From Amphiscolops sp. MND2022 (taxonomy: Eukaryota): a stretch of 64,000 nt of DNA. The stretch spans positions 90,150,001 to 90,214,000 of the forward strand of contig OZ076409.1 in the NCBI GenBank assembly GCA_964187785.1. Direction: 5' to 3'. The notes below the pieces were generated by a model. The model was given only the letters and a program-made list of their open reading frames with translations. It had not been told where the DNA came from and made no database searches. A program made the position numbers and the translations under genes. Shown here one piece after another: positions 14,035 to 26,094 of this stretch (its first letter is position 1; each line of letters opens with the position of its first letter).

Positions 14035-14647
14035 ATGGTCTTTCTTGTAGGCGCAAGCTGCTTAGACAACGCTTTTAATTCATTAGAACGCCTCAAGCAA
14101 AAGGGACTGAAAAGAAAATTTCTGGCAATTCGGGGCCCATTTTTAAACCCACAAGCCCTCGACTCTAGGAAAAAACTCCAAAACTTCTTACTAAGAAGTA
14201 AAACGGAAAAGTTGGTTATTTGGCACGACGTGATCAGCAACTCCATTTCCAAACATTGCAGCAACCGTAACAGACCCTGTCAGACAAAAAAAATTGTTGG
14301 ACATCCTATGTTCGTTCAAGAACAGAATAGAAGCTATTCCTTACGTCCAACGGGCAAACTCACCAAACATCCTGCAAAAGTTGAAAAGCACGGGGATTCT
14401 TATTCTGGACGTGAAGACGCGCCTCACGTCAACTCGAAAAAGGAACAACCCGAATTTCATTGCTGATCTCCAGAAAATACACCCAAATATCGGGACTGGC
14501 CGCAAATTACTACATACTATACTGAAGAACCAATACAACCTGAGAAATCTGATCCGCAAAAAACGATCCCTCTCGAAAAACCGACCATCGCAAAGAAGAC
14601 GGAAGAAGACCCAAAAAAAAACAAAAACAGTCGTCTGTTGGAAGTAA
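14035..14647 (+). pseudogene. LINE ORF0, putative SGNH/GDSL esterase-like protein (one frameshift in the A-run at ~14290)
   Basis: MVFLVGASCL (block I G-x-S), LVIWHDVISN (block III-like), DLQKIHPN (block V-like His) and a basic C-terminal tail. Confidence 0.5.
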
Positions 14648-14728
14648 GCCACTCAAAATTGTCTATTTAGCTTAGGCGCCTCACGGACTTCAGTGTCTCA
14701 GTAGGTACCTTCGTTGAATAGCCAAACA

Positions 14729-16033
14729 ATGAGTGACCGTAACAAAAAGAAAATCAACAAAACAAGGATAGGCATCAGTTGCCCAAATACAAATGGAAAC
14801 GAGCCGGCAATTTTTTGCGACTCCTGTGAGAAATGGTCCCACGGCAATTGCGGGGGACTCACAAAACAACAGATTGATGTGATAAACGAAACTGACGGGC
14901 AATGTGGTTCTGTAAACAATGCAGACCGACAGTGAAAATGACGATCCAATCAGGGTTGCCAAACTTGCGTCTTGAACTTGAAAAAAACGTCATGACAATC
15001 AAAGACATGGTCGCAGATGGGATTGCACGAAGCGAATCTTTAGCTTCCGAAACTTTTGAAAGAATTGAAGGCATTCAGGAGGTTTGTACTGCATGCGAAT
15101 CAACAGTTACAGGCCTCAAACCTACCTTGGTGGAGGTGAACAGAAAAATTCAACAACACAGCAATACACTAACGCAACACAAAAGCGCAGCCAAATGCGC
15201 AGCCACGCTATCCGAGCCCATAGAAAAGAAAGCTTCGCGGTCCATCGAGCAGATACGTCTTGTGGAAAACTCAGACAGCGGCCTTGCCAACAGTATGGAC
15301 ATCAAAAAGGCGTTCGCCAAACATTTCCCAAAATAAAAAACTGATCCACGCTTTCAGGAACAGTAGAGGAAAGATCCATCTGGAATTTGATTCCGCAGAC
15401 ACAGCAGCGGATATAATGCAAAATTGGAATAAAGATGCCATGGGTACAGACACTAGAGTCACAAACCCCAGAGGAAAACGCCGGAAAAATGCTCTAATTA
15501 TAAGAGGAGTTGACATAGGAATTAGCGAAGAGACACTGGCGGAACAAATCTCAGAGCAACTCCACACAGACATTGGAAAGGTCACAATCAGACGTTTCAT
15601 CGAAAAGCCTGATAATGCCAAAATGACTACGGTCAAAGTTGACTTACAAGAAAGAACTATGTTAGAGACAGCATTAGCAAACGGCCTTTTTGTCAACCAG
15701 CTGTTCTTCAGACCTACCGAATACATCGAGAAAACAGATATTCACGTGACCAGATGCTTCAACTGCCAGAAATTCGGCCATATAGCACCATCTTGCAAAT
15801 TGGGTCAAAAATGTGGTAAATGCGCGGAAAATCATAATACCGATAGCTGTCACCAACCAGAACAAAACTACAAATATGTCAACTGTCCGGAACAACACTC
15901 TTCAGCATCGAAAGAATGCCCTGTCTACCTGAAGACTTTGGAGAAGTTGTATCAGAGCCGATCGGTACCCCTACCAAAACAATTACAAGACAAAATTGAC
16001 AGACTTATCACTGAGAACAAATGGCCCGCATAA
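14729..16033 (+). pseudogene. LINE ORF1: PHD finger, coiled coil, RRM-like region and three CCHC knuckles (frameshifts at ~14905 and ~15330)
   Basis: IFCDSCEKWSHGNCGGL..WFCKQC (PHD); ALIIRGV; CFNCQKFGHIAPSC, CGKCAENHNTDSC and YVNCPEQHSSASKEC. Confidence 0.85.
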
Positions 16034-19000
16034 TGCAAGTAAACATGGCAGGGTTAAGCAGTCATAGCTCAACCGCTTTATCTTTTTACCTGAACCAAGG
16101 AAAACCCCATGCAGTGATTTTAACGGAGACTCACCAAGAACTAGCAGCGCATGAAATCAATAATTATTCTGCCATTAGCTACTGTGGGACAACCGGTCAG
16201 GGAGGAGTTTCTATTTTAGTCAGGAAAGATATCACACACGTACCGAAAATATTCAACGCCCCGATTGACTCTGTCTGGACCATTGTCACTATCAACAGAA
16301 TACCAATTTTACTGGGAGCCGTCTACATACCACCAACCAGCTCACCGAAACTACAAACTTTGATCAGTCAACTCGAGGAAGCGGCGGCTTTTTCCACTAG
16401 ACACAACCTCAAACTTCTGCTAGCGGGTGACATTAATGCTAGACACCCAATGTGGGGAGATAGATCAACGAATGAGCACGGCAGAACTCTAGTGAACGCA
16501 CTAAACGACTCCTCCAGAGTGCTAAATGTCATCAACGACGGACAGCCCACTTTTGTGTCAACCAACGGGAGCAGTGTTATCGACCTTTTTATCACGTCAG
16601 AGAGAATAACTGAAACCACAAACTTCATAATGGTAGACCACGAGACAGAATTATTCACTGGTGCTCCGACGAGGGGACACCTTCCCGTATGGCTGAACAT
16701 GAAAGGAGAAGACACAAAAGAAGTCAAACTTAAAAAAGATCTAAAGAACGCCAATTGGGAAGGATTTTACGAGTGTGTAGAAAGCCTTCTAACAGAAAGG
16801 ATAGATTTCAAGACAATGGACGGCAATTCCTCATGGTTGCTACTGAAAGAAGCGCTTCAAACTAATTCAGAACAACATATTCCAGTGAAGAAGGTCTGTT
16901 GCTTCTCGAAACCGTATTGGTGCGAAGAACTAAGTTCGAAAACCCGAGAGCTCCGTAAGGCACGGAAAAATTACCGATACCGTAGCTCGGCGCAAAACCT
17001 CAAGCTTTTGAGAGAGCTTCAACAATCCTTTCAAAATCTGGTAAAGGATAAAGCAAACGAACACTTCAAAGGCTCCATCGATGACGTTAACGATAGTCAC
17101 TAAAAAGAATTTTGGAAGCGCGTCAATAAGCTTTTGACGGACAAGGAAGATGCTGGAGTTTCCCCGTTGTTGAAGGGGAACAAATTCCACTTTGCTGAAA
17201 AAGACAAAGCAGATATATTTCGTGAAACTTTTTTCACTGGAAGGCATTTGGTGAAACTCAGCTTCAACGAAGAATTCAAGCTACACGTAGAAAATACTTT
17301 TCAACAATCCCTACATTCCGAAAGACCCGAATTAGAAAGTGATAGGTGGTTTAACAGCGACTTCACCTCCGAAGAACTGGACTACATTCTGCGTTTTTTG
17401 AAAACATCGGGAAAGTCTCTCGATAACGACAACATCCATCCAAAAATGATCAAAAACGCAGGACCTCGATATAAAGAAGTCCTTCTTCACATTGCAAACA
17501 AAACACTGAATGAAAATCACTGGCCGTGGAACTATTCAAAAGTGATATTTCTGAGGAAGCAAGGTAAAACAGACTACACGACACCGTCAGCATATCGGCC
17601 GATAACAATCTCCAGCTATATCGGAAAAATTGTGGAAAGATTATTGGATGCCAGGTTGAGAAGCTTCTTCAAAAACTTCAACCTGTTAGACGAAGAGCAG
17701 GAAGGCTTCCAGTCTCACAAGAGCACAGTAAGGTCGTTCTATAGGTTAAAAATGGAAAGTCAAGAAGTGAAAAAGAGCAGGAAGAGTGGCGCCTTGATAT
17801 CCATCGACTTTCAGAAGGCCTTCGATTCCGTATGGATCAATGGACTGCTCCAAAAACTCTATCAATCGGGAGTTAGAGGTAAATTCATTAAACTGATTGG
17901 AAGTATTTTGAAAAGCCGACAACTCAGCATAGAAATCGGTAATCTGAGAAGCCAATACTTCGGAGTCAAAGATGGACTTCCACAAGGTAGTGTGTTATCA
18001 CCAATTCTGTTCATTTTTTTCGTTTCCGACATGTTCAAAACCTCAACTGTAAGAAGTTCAAATTCGCTGACGATGGAAACCTCCTAGTGACAGGATACAC
18101 TGAAACCCAAGTCTACCTAAACTGTCAAATTATTCTAAAACAACTGGAACGGTGGTGTAAAAATTGGAGGCTCGCAGTAAATGGCGACAAGACGTCAATA
18201 ATCTACCTCAACACTGAGTACCCGCACGCTCCGACGTTTTTCGGCGAGGCATGTAAGGTCGCCAGAAGCACAAAATCCTGGGATTGATTGTGGACGACAA
18301 ACTGACTTTCAACGAACATCTACAACAGGTAGAAGGGAAAGTTGCTAAACAGCTGAACATATTTAAAAAGTTTTGCGGCTCTAATTGGGGTCTAAGGCAA
18401 GCAACGCTCATAAAGCTTTACAAAACTCTAGTGCTCCCCCGACTTCTGTACGCGGCCCCTGTGTGGGCCAGGAAACACGTTCAAGCACTGAGCCGTTTTC
18501 AATACACCGCGCTCAAACTTATCATAGGTACAAGTACGAAATTCGACCAGTTGGCAGCAGAAATACTGTGCGGTCTCCCGCCTATGCAATTACAAACTGA
18601 CATAATCACTATTAAATTTGTAATCAAGCTCTCTCAACAGCAGGACATATTGTGGAAACTGTACCGGAAATGTCAATTGCCGGAAATAAAAAGCGATAAA
18701 AACCTCATTGACGATTTTTATAAAGCCACAGGAGCAATGAATTGTTACACGGTGTCAACTTGCAATGAGTACCTGAGAAGTAGATGGAACAGAATATTCA
18801 AGAAGGCGCTCACGACTACCCCACTGGATTGGTCAATCACTCAAATTGAATTGGAAGGGATTACCTATCCAAAAACGACAAGCAGACACCTAGAAAGAAC
18901 TATCAACAAGCTCCTTTTGCATTGCAACGTGGAACTGGCAAAGTATGCGTACAAAATTTGGCGAGCGGAGACTCCGCTCTGCCCTTGTCGAGTAGAGGCA

Positions 19001-19200
19001 GAATCAGTCACGCACTACTTATTCTTCTGCCCCCTGTACGAGCAGTTTCGTGCGCCCGATTTTGCCGCAGGAAAATCTATTCACTTACCTGGACCACGAA
19101 CCTGAAAAATTTCATCATAGTTTCTGGACGTTTCGAAAGAAGCACAGAAAGGAAGCGACACTTTCAAGAGAGTACTCGACTACTAAAGACTCATAATTTT
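16021..19200 (+). pseudogene. LINE ORF2: AP endonuclease, reverse transcriptase and C-terminal CCHC (stop at 17101, frameshifts)
   Basis: LTET, GDINA, SVIDL and GHLPV (APE); YRPITI, DFQKAFDSV, GLPQGSVLSP and FADD (RT); CPCRVEAESVTHYLFFC. Confidence 0.93.
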
Positions 19201-19325
19201 TGAGGCTATGACTAACAGACCTTCAACTTTTACTTTATTTACTCAGAACTGATACCAAGTGCCTAAAACATAATTGTTAGATTAACCCGCAATTTAGGGG
19301 TTGTGTAGATTCTATCAATATATAT

Positions 19326-20692
19326 ATGCTGCCATAACACCGCTTCTTCGTTTTCGCCGGAAAAAGCGCAAAAATCAAATGTCTTTCCTTTCAAAACGTA
19401 AAGATTAGCGTGCTCTTCAAAAGGAATAGTTGCTCTTTCATTGACAAAAATGCTCAGAGATTTTCCGAAATTCACTTGAGCCCCGTTTTGTCTCAACTTG
19501 CTAACGCTGATCAAGATATGAGAATGATCAGGAAGAAAAAGAGTCGGAAAATGTCACACAGCGTTCAATCATTTCTTTGTCTAAAAGTAAAAGAGAAACT
19601 TTTCCTACACCCTCAACTTGCGAAAAAGTCCCATTCGCATTTTTTACTTTGCGTTGTGTTTCTTCGCTAAAGTCGAAGAGCAGGGAACGGTCAAAAAACA
19701 TATGCGAGGAAGCACCAGAGTCGATGACCAAAGTGTGCTCCTTCACCTCGCATTTTTGGCTAGTGAGTGCAGTCTCACTACCATCGCAAAAGAAAACTAA
19801 GTCCTCAGCTAGGTTTGACTCTCCTGTCTCAGCACTTGACTTAGGGTTCAAGAGAGGATTTTTCTTGAAACATTTATTCTCTTCATGGCCAAAACGCCTG
19901 CAAAAGTTACACTGGGATACTCTACAAGTGGCTTGTTTATGTCCACTTTTACCGCAACGCCTACACTTTCCATTGAACTTTTCAGGTTTACACGCGGAAC
20001 TTTTCGCAAGAGTTCCTTTGGATAACAAGGCAACATTTTCATTGCTAGCTGTCGCAGTTTGTAGGTTACGAGAACTTTCGAAATTTTTTAAATGCTTTCT
20101 TTACTTCCGCAAAAGACGCCTTATCTTTCGAAAAATTGTGCACAGTTTTGAAATAGTCATATTCGGAATGCAAACCCTCAAGAACTATCGAAGTTAACAT
20201 GTTTTCAGAAACTTTCTCACCAGCGAGCTCCAACTGCTTAGTCACATACTCCGCTCGAGTCAGGTAGTCAACCATGCTCTCCCTGGGCTCCAAGCGCAGG
20301 GTTGTGAACTTCTCCAAAAGGTTCATCAACCTCGGTGTTTCGGTGCTGTTGAAGTGGTCCCGCAGTAGTTGCCATGCCTTCGGACCATCACCCTTGCAGT
20401 CGTTCGTCAGCATCAGGATACTGCGGCTGTCAAGACACTGTACCAAGTACGCCCAAATTTCGTACTTCTTGTCATTCGTGCCAGCATCTGTTCCAATCAG
20501 CACGTTCAGCAGCTTCTTCGTGAAACATAACCCCTCGAATCGCTCCTGCCACACAGCGAAGTCTTCTTCCTCGCCAGAGAACTGGAGATACTGCAAAGGC
20601 GATCCATCCCTCACAAACTCCAACAAAAGCCCGAAACAGGCAGAAAGAAGTAACTGAAACAAAAATGAGGGCAGCAAAACAGGGATTCCCAC
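19326..20692 (-). pseudogene. Copia gag plus a second copy of the Zn-knuckle/protease region
   Basis: Gag (AWQLLRDHF..ESMVDYLTR..LEGLHSEYDYF); 19326-19998 duplicates 13108-13782. Confidence 0.88.
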
Positions 20693-20873
20693 GAAGATAG
20701 CTACAAAGTTAGCGAAAGCGGAACGGCGGTAACGGACGGCGTAAATAGCAAAAATTGTGGATATCCGAGACGCAAAAAGGAAAAATGGAGAGCGAAAAAT
20801 AAGATCATACGAGCATAGTCAAAGTAAGCAGAAAAAGGTTTTTTTTAAGGAAAAAGGCAAACTCACCAAATTG

Positions 20874-20887
20874 CTGGGCCCATAACC
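20874..20887 (-). promoter_or_regulatory. Copia primer-binding site, internal (half) tRNA-iMet type
   Basis: GGTTATGGGCCCAG lies immediately 3' of the 5' LTR and matches the PBS type of Drosophila copia. Confidence 0.85.
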
Positions 20888-21120
20888 TTTTAGGGCCTGA
20901 GCTCCTTCTGGTCGTAGCTGGGTTGTCGGAAGATTGATGAAGAGTAGTTATTGTCAATACTTTATTTTGTGTTGTGAGTTGATAAAGTGATTCAGTCAAG
21001 TGAAGATAAAATAACAGGTACATGTTAACAAACAACAATATTATACTAAATTAGTTCAGTCTGGTATAGTCTGAGATGGTTGACCTTTAATGGTCCTTTG
21101 ACCTTCATCGATCTCTAACA
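20888..21120 (-). repeat. Copia 5' LTR
   Basis: Direct repeat of 9946-10178; minus strand reads TGTTAG...CTAAAA. Confidence 0.95.
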
Positions 21121-22559
21121 GAATAAAAAAATTTGAGCCCCGAAGGGTTCGTTTTTCAACATCAAATAATAATCCTTTTAATAATTACAGGGTTGTTTTC
21201 TGTCCCATCGCCACCATTTTTTTGAAATTTAGTGAAAACATTAATACAAAAAGGCTAAAAACCAAATCAGAAACCTATTTACATTTATTTTCAACATTTA
21301 ACTTCTAAAGCATCAAACCCAAGCCACGAGACCCGGAGACGTTCTCCAGCTTAAATCTATCTTGGAGTTTTTTTGTCTGTCGCCCGGGCTGGGGGCACAT
21401 GATGAATAAAGAAGCGTTTTGTTAAGACGCTGATTGATGATGACGATCCAATTCTGATTGAAAAAAAAATCTATCCAGAAATCGAACCGTATTTTCATCA
21501 GACAGATATATTATAATGCTTGAATGCGAATTTGTGTCTGATATTCCATCCCGGATCTAGTTGGATTTTTACTCAACTTAGTTAATTCAAGTTTTCTCTC
21601 ATTTACATTTATTTTTATGTTGACAGTTTCTGGGAACTGTTTCATCACGCATTCTTGATTAGGAATTCAGCTTCCTTTGAGTCTCAAAAATCAGTGATTT
21701 TCAACATAATTCTAGTCATATTGTGGGGAAATCCTAGTCATATTTTTTGTGGCATCGGACTGTAGAATTGAGGGTTGCTTTATTTGTAAGATTGTGCTCA
21801 AAAATCTTGGTGGAAACCAAGTATTAGACTCATGTTGCCGTAAGGATGATGTTGATGGGGTTAGTATTCGATGCGCCATCGAAAAACTGTCACATAAACC
21901 CAGAGCCTATGCCAGCTCATATACCTAGTTTGTACTAATACATTTTTCTAATTAATATCTAATTAATTACAAAAAAATGTAAAAGGGGAGACCCTTTGGT
22001 TTTATGAATTTCCAGTTTGTTGCAGGGACTCGAACCCCCCGCGACTGCTGGTTTCCCCCTAAACCGATTAAAGTCTGTAATAAAAAGTGATACATGCAGA
22101 GTGAACTCTGTGGTCTGACGAAACAACTAGCCACTGTAATAGTCGGGCACTTTTCACTAGAAAAGTGCCGACTAAAAATTTCACTTAATCAAGCCAATGT
22201 TAAAACTTTTTAAAATTTCATTTCAAAGGTTTTAATGGTGGGGGCAGAAGAGCCATAATATATCGATTCTAACTCGACTAGTGATTCGTTCGATTCAGTG
22301 ACTGCATTCAATTCCTCATCATGCGAGCCCTGTCTAAATTTTTGTAATTCTTTTGTCGACCGAGCAGTTTTGAGCTGCTCTAATTCTTTAGTCTGACTTC
22401 ACTATTTATTCGTTTTGCTTTGAGCATTTGTAATAACGTTAAGTGCTCGAACGTTTGGTTTCTTCAGGTTTAAATTGAATACAATCAATTTGTGCACTTG
22501 ATACGCTTCAGCCGATATGGTTTTTAGTTTCAGAATGAGATGCCCTTAAAGCCGATGAA

Positions 22560-23726
22560 ATGTTCGCAGTATACTTGCTTAAAGTTACATTTCTCGGCTC
22601 TTTCTTCTTCACGTGCTCAATAGCCTTAACCTTTTACAATAAATGGCTGTTCCAGAGTTTCAATTTTCCTTTGCTTGTCACGCTTATCCATTTTTTGACG
22701 CAATTCGTCCTTGCTGGATTAATTAGATCTGTGATGTCATGTTCAAGAAGTAGCCCCATTTTGCTATCATGGAGCGCTTACTGCAAACGAATATATCCGG
22801 CAGGGGTAACTGCTGCCTTGGACATAGGTCTGAGCAATATGTCCATGATGTTTATAACTGTATCACTTTATGTCATGTCCAAAACAACCAGTGTCGTCTT
22901 TGTGCTCATGTTCGCCATTCTATTGCGACTCGAAAGCCCTCGCATATCCACTTTACTCGTAGTCGTGTTAGTTAGTGTCGGGTTATTTCTATTCACCTAT
23001 AAATCAACCCAGTTCAACCTCGGAGGCTTCATCCTTGTTATGACGGCATCATTCCTCAGTGGTTTGCGATGGGTTCTTTTACAGTCTATCACTCAGAAGG
23101 AAGAACTGGGGTTATCAAATCCCATTGACACTACATACCACATGGCACCTATCATGGCATTAGGATTAGTCGGTCCCGCTTTCTTCATGGAGGGTTTCCC
23201 TGCCAGTTTATCCGATGAGCTTTTCAGGTTTGAATCCTACATGACACTGGAAAGCACTACTGGCAAAATTGCTCTTGGTGCTGGAATTGCATTCTTGCTG
23301 ACCATATCGGAGTACATGTTCGTCCATCAGACGTCATCGCTGACTTTGAGCATTAGTGGTATTTTCAAGGAGTTGCTCACTATGTTCCTAGCAGCAGAAA
23401 TTAACCATGACCACATGAGTTTAATCAATATGGCCGGAGCGGCATTATGTCTAACTGGCATTATGTTTCATGTTATCTTCAAAGCAGTCTACACAAAGAA
23501 CAGATACGATGTTCATGGTTCGGGGTACGGGCACAAAAAGAGAAGCAGCCGGGGTTCTACTATTCTTATGAGTGATCGCAGCTCCAGAAATAAAATGAAT
23601 AAAATGCAGCTTTTGGGGGGTGATGATGATTCTGAAAACGGGGTTCTATTAGATGATACATTTCTTATTATTTCATCCGATGAGGAAGAAATTGGCATGA
23701 TGCAAAAACGAGCTAATGTGAATTGA
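22560..23726 (+). CDS. SLC35C2: Solute carrier family 35 member C2-like nucleotide-sugar transporter (TPT/DMT superfamily), intronless coding region
   Basis: 388-aa multi-TM ORF with SIALTFYNKW, TAALDIGLSN, SLYVMSKT, SGLRWVLLQ, LGLSNPIDTTYHMAP and TSSLTLSISGIFKE. Confidence 0.88.
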   Translation: MFAVYLLKVTFLGSFFFTCSIALTFYNKWLFQSFNFPLLVTLIHFLTQFVLAGLIRSVMSCSRSSPILLSWSAYCKRIYPAGVTAALDIGLSNMSMMFITVSLYVMSKTTSVVFVLMFAILLRLESPRISTLLVVVLVSVGLFLFTYKSTQFNLGGFILVMTASFLSGLRWVLLQSITQKEELGLSNPIDTTYHMAPIMALGLVGPAFFMEGFPASLSDELFRFESYMTLESTTGKIALGAGIAFLLTISEYMFVHQTSSLTLSISGIFKELLTMFLAAEINHDHMSLINMAGAALCLTGIMFHVIFKAVYTKNRYDVHGSGYGHKKRSSRGSTILMSDRSSRNKMNKMQLLGGDDDSENGVLLDDTFLIISSDEEEIGMMQKRANVN

Positions 23727-24405
23727 GTCATCCATCCCAGATGATTATTGTGTTATTCTCCTGTTGGTTCGGAAAGGTGATTGATTGCTTGTAGAAACTT
23801 CGAATTATTCTTTTTGTGTAATATATGACTAATATTTGATATTTAGTTTGGATCCCTTTATCAAATCAAGAAATGTGTTCTCACAGCTTTCATTTTATTC
23901 TATGATTGGTAATGTTGTATGAAATGAAATTAGGTGCTATTTTACGAAAGAAGTTGAAGTTGTGACAATATTTTCTTACTGTCGCTTTTCAGAACCCTAG
24001 CACAGTCTGAATTTTTCAGATGGCCTAACACGATAAGCGTAGTCTGAACATGGAAATAATCGAAAGCAAGTGAAATACCTTTAAAATATCAGCAGGCGGT
24101 TTGAAAATTCAGTAAAAATGAGTAAATACGAATTTTAAAGATTGGATAGAATGATGCTTCGTGGCATTCACATTTTAAATGGATGATTCCGTGATTTTGG
24201 CGCTAATCCTTCAGGTAAGGACGCGCATACTACTTTTGATGAAAGTTAACAAACTTCCTCAGTTTTGTTTAAATCAACTTTCATATATTTCAACTAATAT
24301 TCACTTAAAAGATAACAAATTGGAGGCGAAATTGTGAGCCTGTCCAAGCGAATAAAAGTTTCCCTCTTGTGTTTATCACTCAAATTGTAATTTATTTCAG
24401 TATTA

Positions 24406-25583
24406 TTAATATTTCTGCTTTAGCAGGAATGTTATTGTAACCTCAAAGTTGGTCCTTTTTTTTTCAGTCGTCAAATTTCGTCCTACTGAATAATTCAGAT
24501 ATTTTGTTCGGCAGTGAGTGTAAGCGTGGGAAAGCTGCCGACAACAATTCAATTCTAGTGCGATAGAACGAGCGAGTGGTAATTATCCATTCGTATGCTG
24601 ACGTCATTGAGATGAAGCGAATGAGTGTTAATTATTCGTTCGTTGAGAGCTTCGCCTGCATTCAAATGCGAATGCGAAACTTCGTCTACGCTTAGTTATA
24701 TTTTCTTTAGTCCGAGAAGAATTAAAGGCGGTGTAAACTTGTACAGTGATTAATTGTGCTCTAAGTAATGATTAAACAGGAGTGTATTGGTATTCCAGAT
24801 ATGATTCTTTTATTAATGATTTTTTGTTTTAAAAAAATAAAGATTAAAGCAGAAATAGTACTGAGCCCCGGAGGGGCCTATTTTTACTATTTCTGCGATA
24901 GCAGGAATATTCTCAAGATTTCAACTTTTTTCAGTACAATTCTTGTCGTGCTACTGAAAAATTCAGATGTTTTGTTCGGCAGTGAGTATAAGCGTGAGAT
25001 TTAAATTTCTCAAGCTGCCGACAACAATTCGTTTTTCGTGCGATTGAACGAGCAAGTGATAATTATGGATTCGTACACCGATTTCATTGAGATGAAGCGA
25101 GCAAATGTTCATAGTTATGCTTTCGTACGCCTATTGAGATGAAGCGAACGAGTGTTAATTATTCGTTCGCTGAGAGCTTTGCCTGTATTCAAATGCGAAT
25201 GCGAAGCTTCGTCTACGCTTACTAGCTATATTTTCTTTAGTTGGAAAAGAATTGAAGGCGGTGTTAACTGATAGTGATTTTTTTTAGAAAAGAGTCGACT
25301 ATAGTCATGGCTTTTCGTCAGAGTTTTTTAAGACCACCTGAACTGACCAAAATAGTTCTAGAAAAGTTCTACAAAATATTATTGAACCAAATTGCACTAT
25401 TTGGTCTAGCGAACTGAACCAAAACGGTCCACCCTTTGAGTTTTTTCGGCATTGAAACTTTTTTTCCGAAATTTTTTTTTCATAAAAGTGTCCCCACCTC
25501 ACCAATACTTTGACATATTGAAGTCCTTTTGCTATTTTTGAGCCTTAGATATGGCGCCGACTTGGGCCGCTCCCGACTTGTTA
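24406..25583 (+). mobile_element. Tandem Helentron-type repeats: family B (24406-24881), truncated family B (24884-~25275) and a family A 3' part (~25280-25583)
   Basis: Family B: 5' TATTTCTGCTTTA / 3' TAAAGCAGAAATA subTIRs plus a GCCCC-GGA-GGGGC 3' hairpin. The family A part ends GCGCCGACTTGGGCCGCTCCCGACTTGTT. Confidence 0.65.
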
Positions 25584-25881
25584 TTATTATGACTTCGTGG
25601 TATATGCATCACTGGGAGAGTTACTACCTAGATTATTACATTGTATTGGCACAACTTGAACATAAACATGAGTAAATCCAACTAGATGGATTATTTCTGC
25701 CCTTTTGTCCATATGGAAGATGGAAATTACTATCTGAGCCGCTTTTCGTCCAGAGAATTCAACTTCCACAAACTAAACACAAAAATAGTCTAAAATTCCA
25801 AGATGTTGCTATTCCTGCTATAGCAGGAATAATATAGAAATCTGAATTATGCAACTTTTTTTCAGTCGACTTTTTGTTAGC

Positions 25882-26056
25882 AGTAGTATACGAATTCCCG
25901 TTCCTGACATAAGAAAAAATTTAAGTTCGTAAAATCATTAAAAAATTAATCTTTTTTCACAAAATACCAATCAAACCATCTAAAAATCAGCCTTTTTTCG
26001 CAACTAAAAAATTAACAAAATAAAAATTAATGAACAAGTTTTTCCAATGGAAAATT
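25882..26056 (+). repeat. Polinton left TIR
   Basis: agtagtatacgaattcccgttcctgacataag... is the reverse complement of 42128-42302. Confidence 0.95.
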
Positions 26057-26094
26057 CATTGACCAAGATATAATCATGGAAAAATAACTATTAA

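Larger units (their letters stand above)
13783..19325 (+). mobile_element. Apparently full-length non-LTR retrotransposon (APE-RT LINE) with three ORFs, nested in the Copia element
   Basis: 5' region with a ~47-bp direct repeat (~13870 and ~13943), then ORF0, ORF1 and ORF2, ending in a short (AT)n tail at ~19318-19327; bounded by duplicated Copia sequence. Confidence 0.88.
9946..21120 (-). mobile_element. Ty1/Copia LTR retrotransposon, full length, decayed, carrying a nested LINE
   Basis: 233-bp LTRs at 9946-10178 and 20888-21120; 5-bp TSD GAATA (9941-9945, 21121-21125); PBS and PPT present; gag-PR(DSGAS)-INT-RT(VWVDD)-RH(SDSDWA, KHIETRHHF) order. Confidence 0.95.

Noticed and set aside
13361..20657. 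Plus-strand ORFs over Copia (13361, 19577, 20274) and minus-strand ORFs over the LINE
   Set aside because: Antisense shadows of recognisable retroelement genes.
21313..21498. Possible terminal exon on the minus strand
   Set aside because: An acceptor-like site is present, but there is no recognisable protein motif or partner exon.
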